Made by a program: the position numbers and the translations under genes
The notes under the pieces: generated by a model
Seen by the model: only the letters and a program-made list of their open reading frames with translations
What the model was told of the DNA's origin: nothing
Databases searched by the model: none
Part shown: positions 63,185 through 64,000 of the stretch, piece by piece
Numbering within the stretch: position 1 is the first letter of the stretch
Layout: each line of letters begins with the position of its first letter
NCBI RefSeq assembly: GCF_024700885.2
Contig: NZ_CP117016.1
Reading direction: 5' to 3' (one strand)
Origin: Escherichia coli
Lineage (GTDB): Bacteria; Pseudomonadota; Gammaproteobacteria; Enterobacterales; Enterobacteriaceae
DNA: 64,000 bases

Positions 63185-64000
63185 ATGTTTTCCGCATTGC
63201 GCCACCGTACCGCTGCCCTGGCGCTCGGCGTATGCTTTATTCTCCCCGTACACGCCTCGTCACCTAAACCTGGCGATTTTGCTAATACCCAGGCACGACA
63301 TATTGCTACTTTCTTTCCGGGACGCATGACCGGAACTCCTGCAGAAATGTTATCTGCCGATTATATTCGCCAACAGTTTCAGCAAATGGGTTATCGCAGT
63401 GATATTCGGACATTTAATAGTCGGTATATTTATACCGCCCGCGATAATCGCAAGAGCTGGCATAACGTGACGGGAAGTACGGTGATTGCCGCTCATGAAG
63501 GCAAAGCGCCGCAGCAGATCATCATTATGGCGCATCTGGATACTTACGCCCCGCTGAGCGATGCTGACGCCGATGCCAATCTCGGCGGGCTGACGTTACA
63601 AGGAATGGATGATAATGCCGCAGGTTTAGGTGTCATGCTGGAACTGGCAGAACGCCTGAAAAATACGCCTACCGAGTATGGTATTCGATTTGTGGCGACC
63701 AGTGGTGAAGAGGAAGGGAAATTAGGTGCTGAGAATTTACTCAAGCGGATGAGTGACACCGAAAAGAAAAATACGCTGCTGGTGATTAATCTCGATAACT
63801 TAATTGTTGGCGATAAATTGTATTTCAACAGTGGTGTAAAAACCCCTGAAGCAGTAAGGAAATTAACGCGCGACAGGGCACTGGCAATTGCGCGTAGTCA
63901 TGGAATTGCCGCAACGACCAATCCGGGTTTGAATAAAAATTATCCGAAGGGTACTGGCTGTTGTAATGACGCCGAAGTTTTCGACAAAGCCGGTATTGCC
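63185..64000 (+). CDS. iap: Alkaline phosphatase isozyme conversion aminopeptidase (3' end outside window)
   Basis: ORF starting MFSALRHRTAALALGV (signal peptide) and running to the window edge; position after cysD matches the E. coli order. Confidence 0.85.
   Translation, partial: MFSALRHRTAALALGVCFILPVHASSPKPGDFANTQARHIATFFPGRMTGTPAEMLSADYIRQQFQQMGYRSDIRTFNSRYIYTARDNRKSWHNVTGSTVIAAHEGKAPQQIIIMAHLDTYAPLSDADADANLGGLTLQGMDDNAAGLGVMLELAERLKNTPTEYGIRFVATSGEEEGKLGAENLLKRMSDTEKKNTLLVINLDNLIVGDKLYFNSGVKTPEAVRKLTRDRALAIARSHGIAATTNPGLNKNYPKGTGCCNDAEVFDKAGIA

Overview
This window is an Escherichia coli-like chromosomal segment: norW (3' end), hypF-hydN, ascGFB, the hyc and hyp formate hydrogenlyase operons, fhlA, a molbindin gene, ygbA, mutS, pphB, ygbI-N, a UbiD/UbiX-type decarboxylase cluster with a MarR regulator, then rpoS-nlpD-pcm-surE-truD-ispF-ispD-ftsB-ygbE-cysCND and the start of iap. 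The main result is a roughly 17.8 kb AT-rich island (about 23022-40858) inserted inside the 5' end of mutS. The original first 17 mutS codons are left orphaned at 22972-23021, and the island supplies a new start and N-terminus, so mutS (40788-43370) is a chimera. The island is bounded by an imperfect 23 bp direct repeat and ends with a P4-type tyrosine integrase next to mutS. Its cargo is: (i) a Gabija-like defence pair (OLD-family ATPase-TOPRIM plus UvrD-like helicase), translationally coupled to an uncharacterised 216-aa HTH-like protein and the integrase; (ii) three tandem tyrosine recombinase paralogues plus a small coiled-coil protein; (iii) two intact foreign tRNAs (Asp-GUC, Val-UAC) and a degenerate Gly-like tRNA; (iv) a MobC plus relaxase mobilisation module with an in-frame (CCTGTT)n repeat; (v) several small membrane or secreted proteins with no recognisable domain. 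All calls rest on reading the sequence and ORF translations by eye and on recalled family knowledge; no database search or folding was run. Start codons are approximate where several in-frame starts exist.
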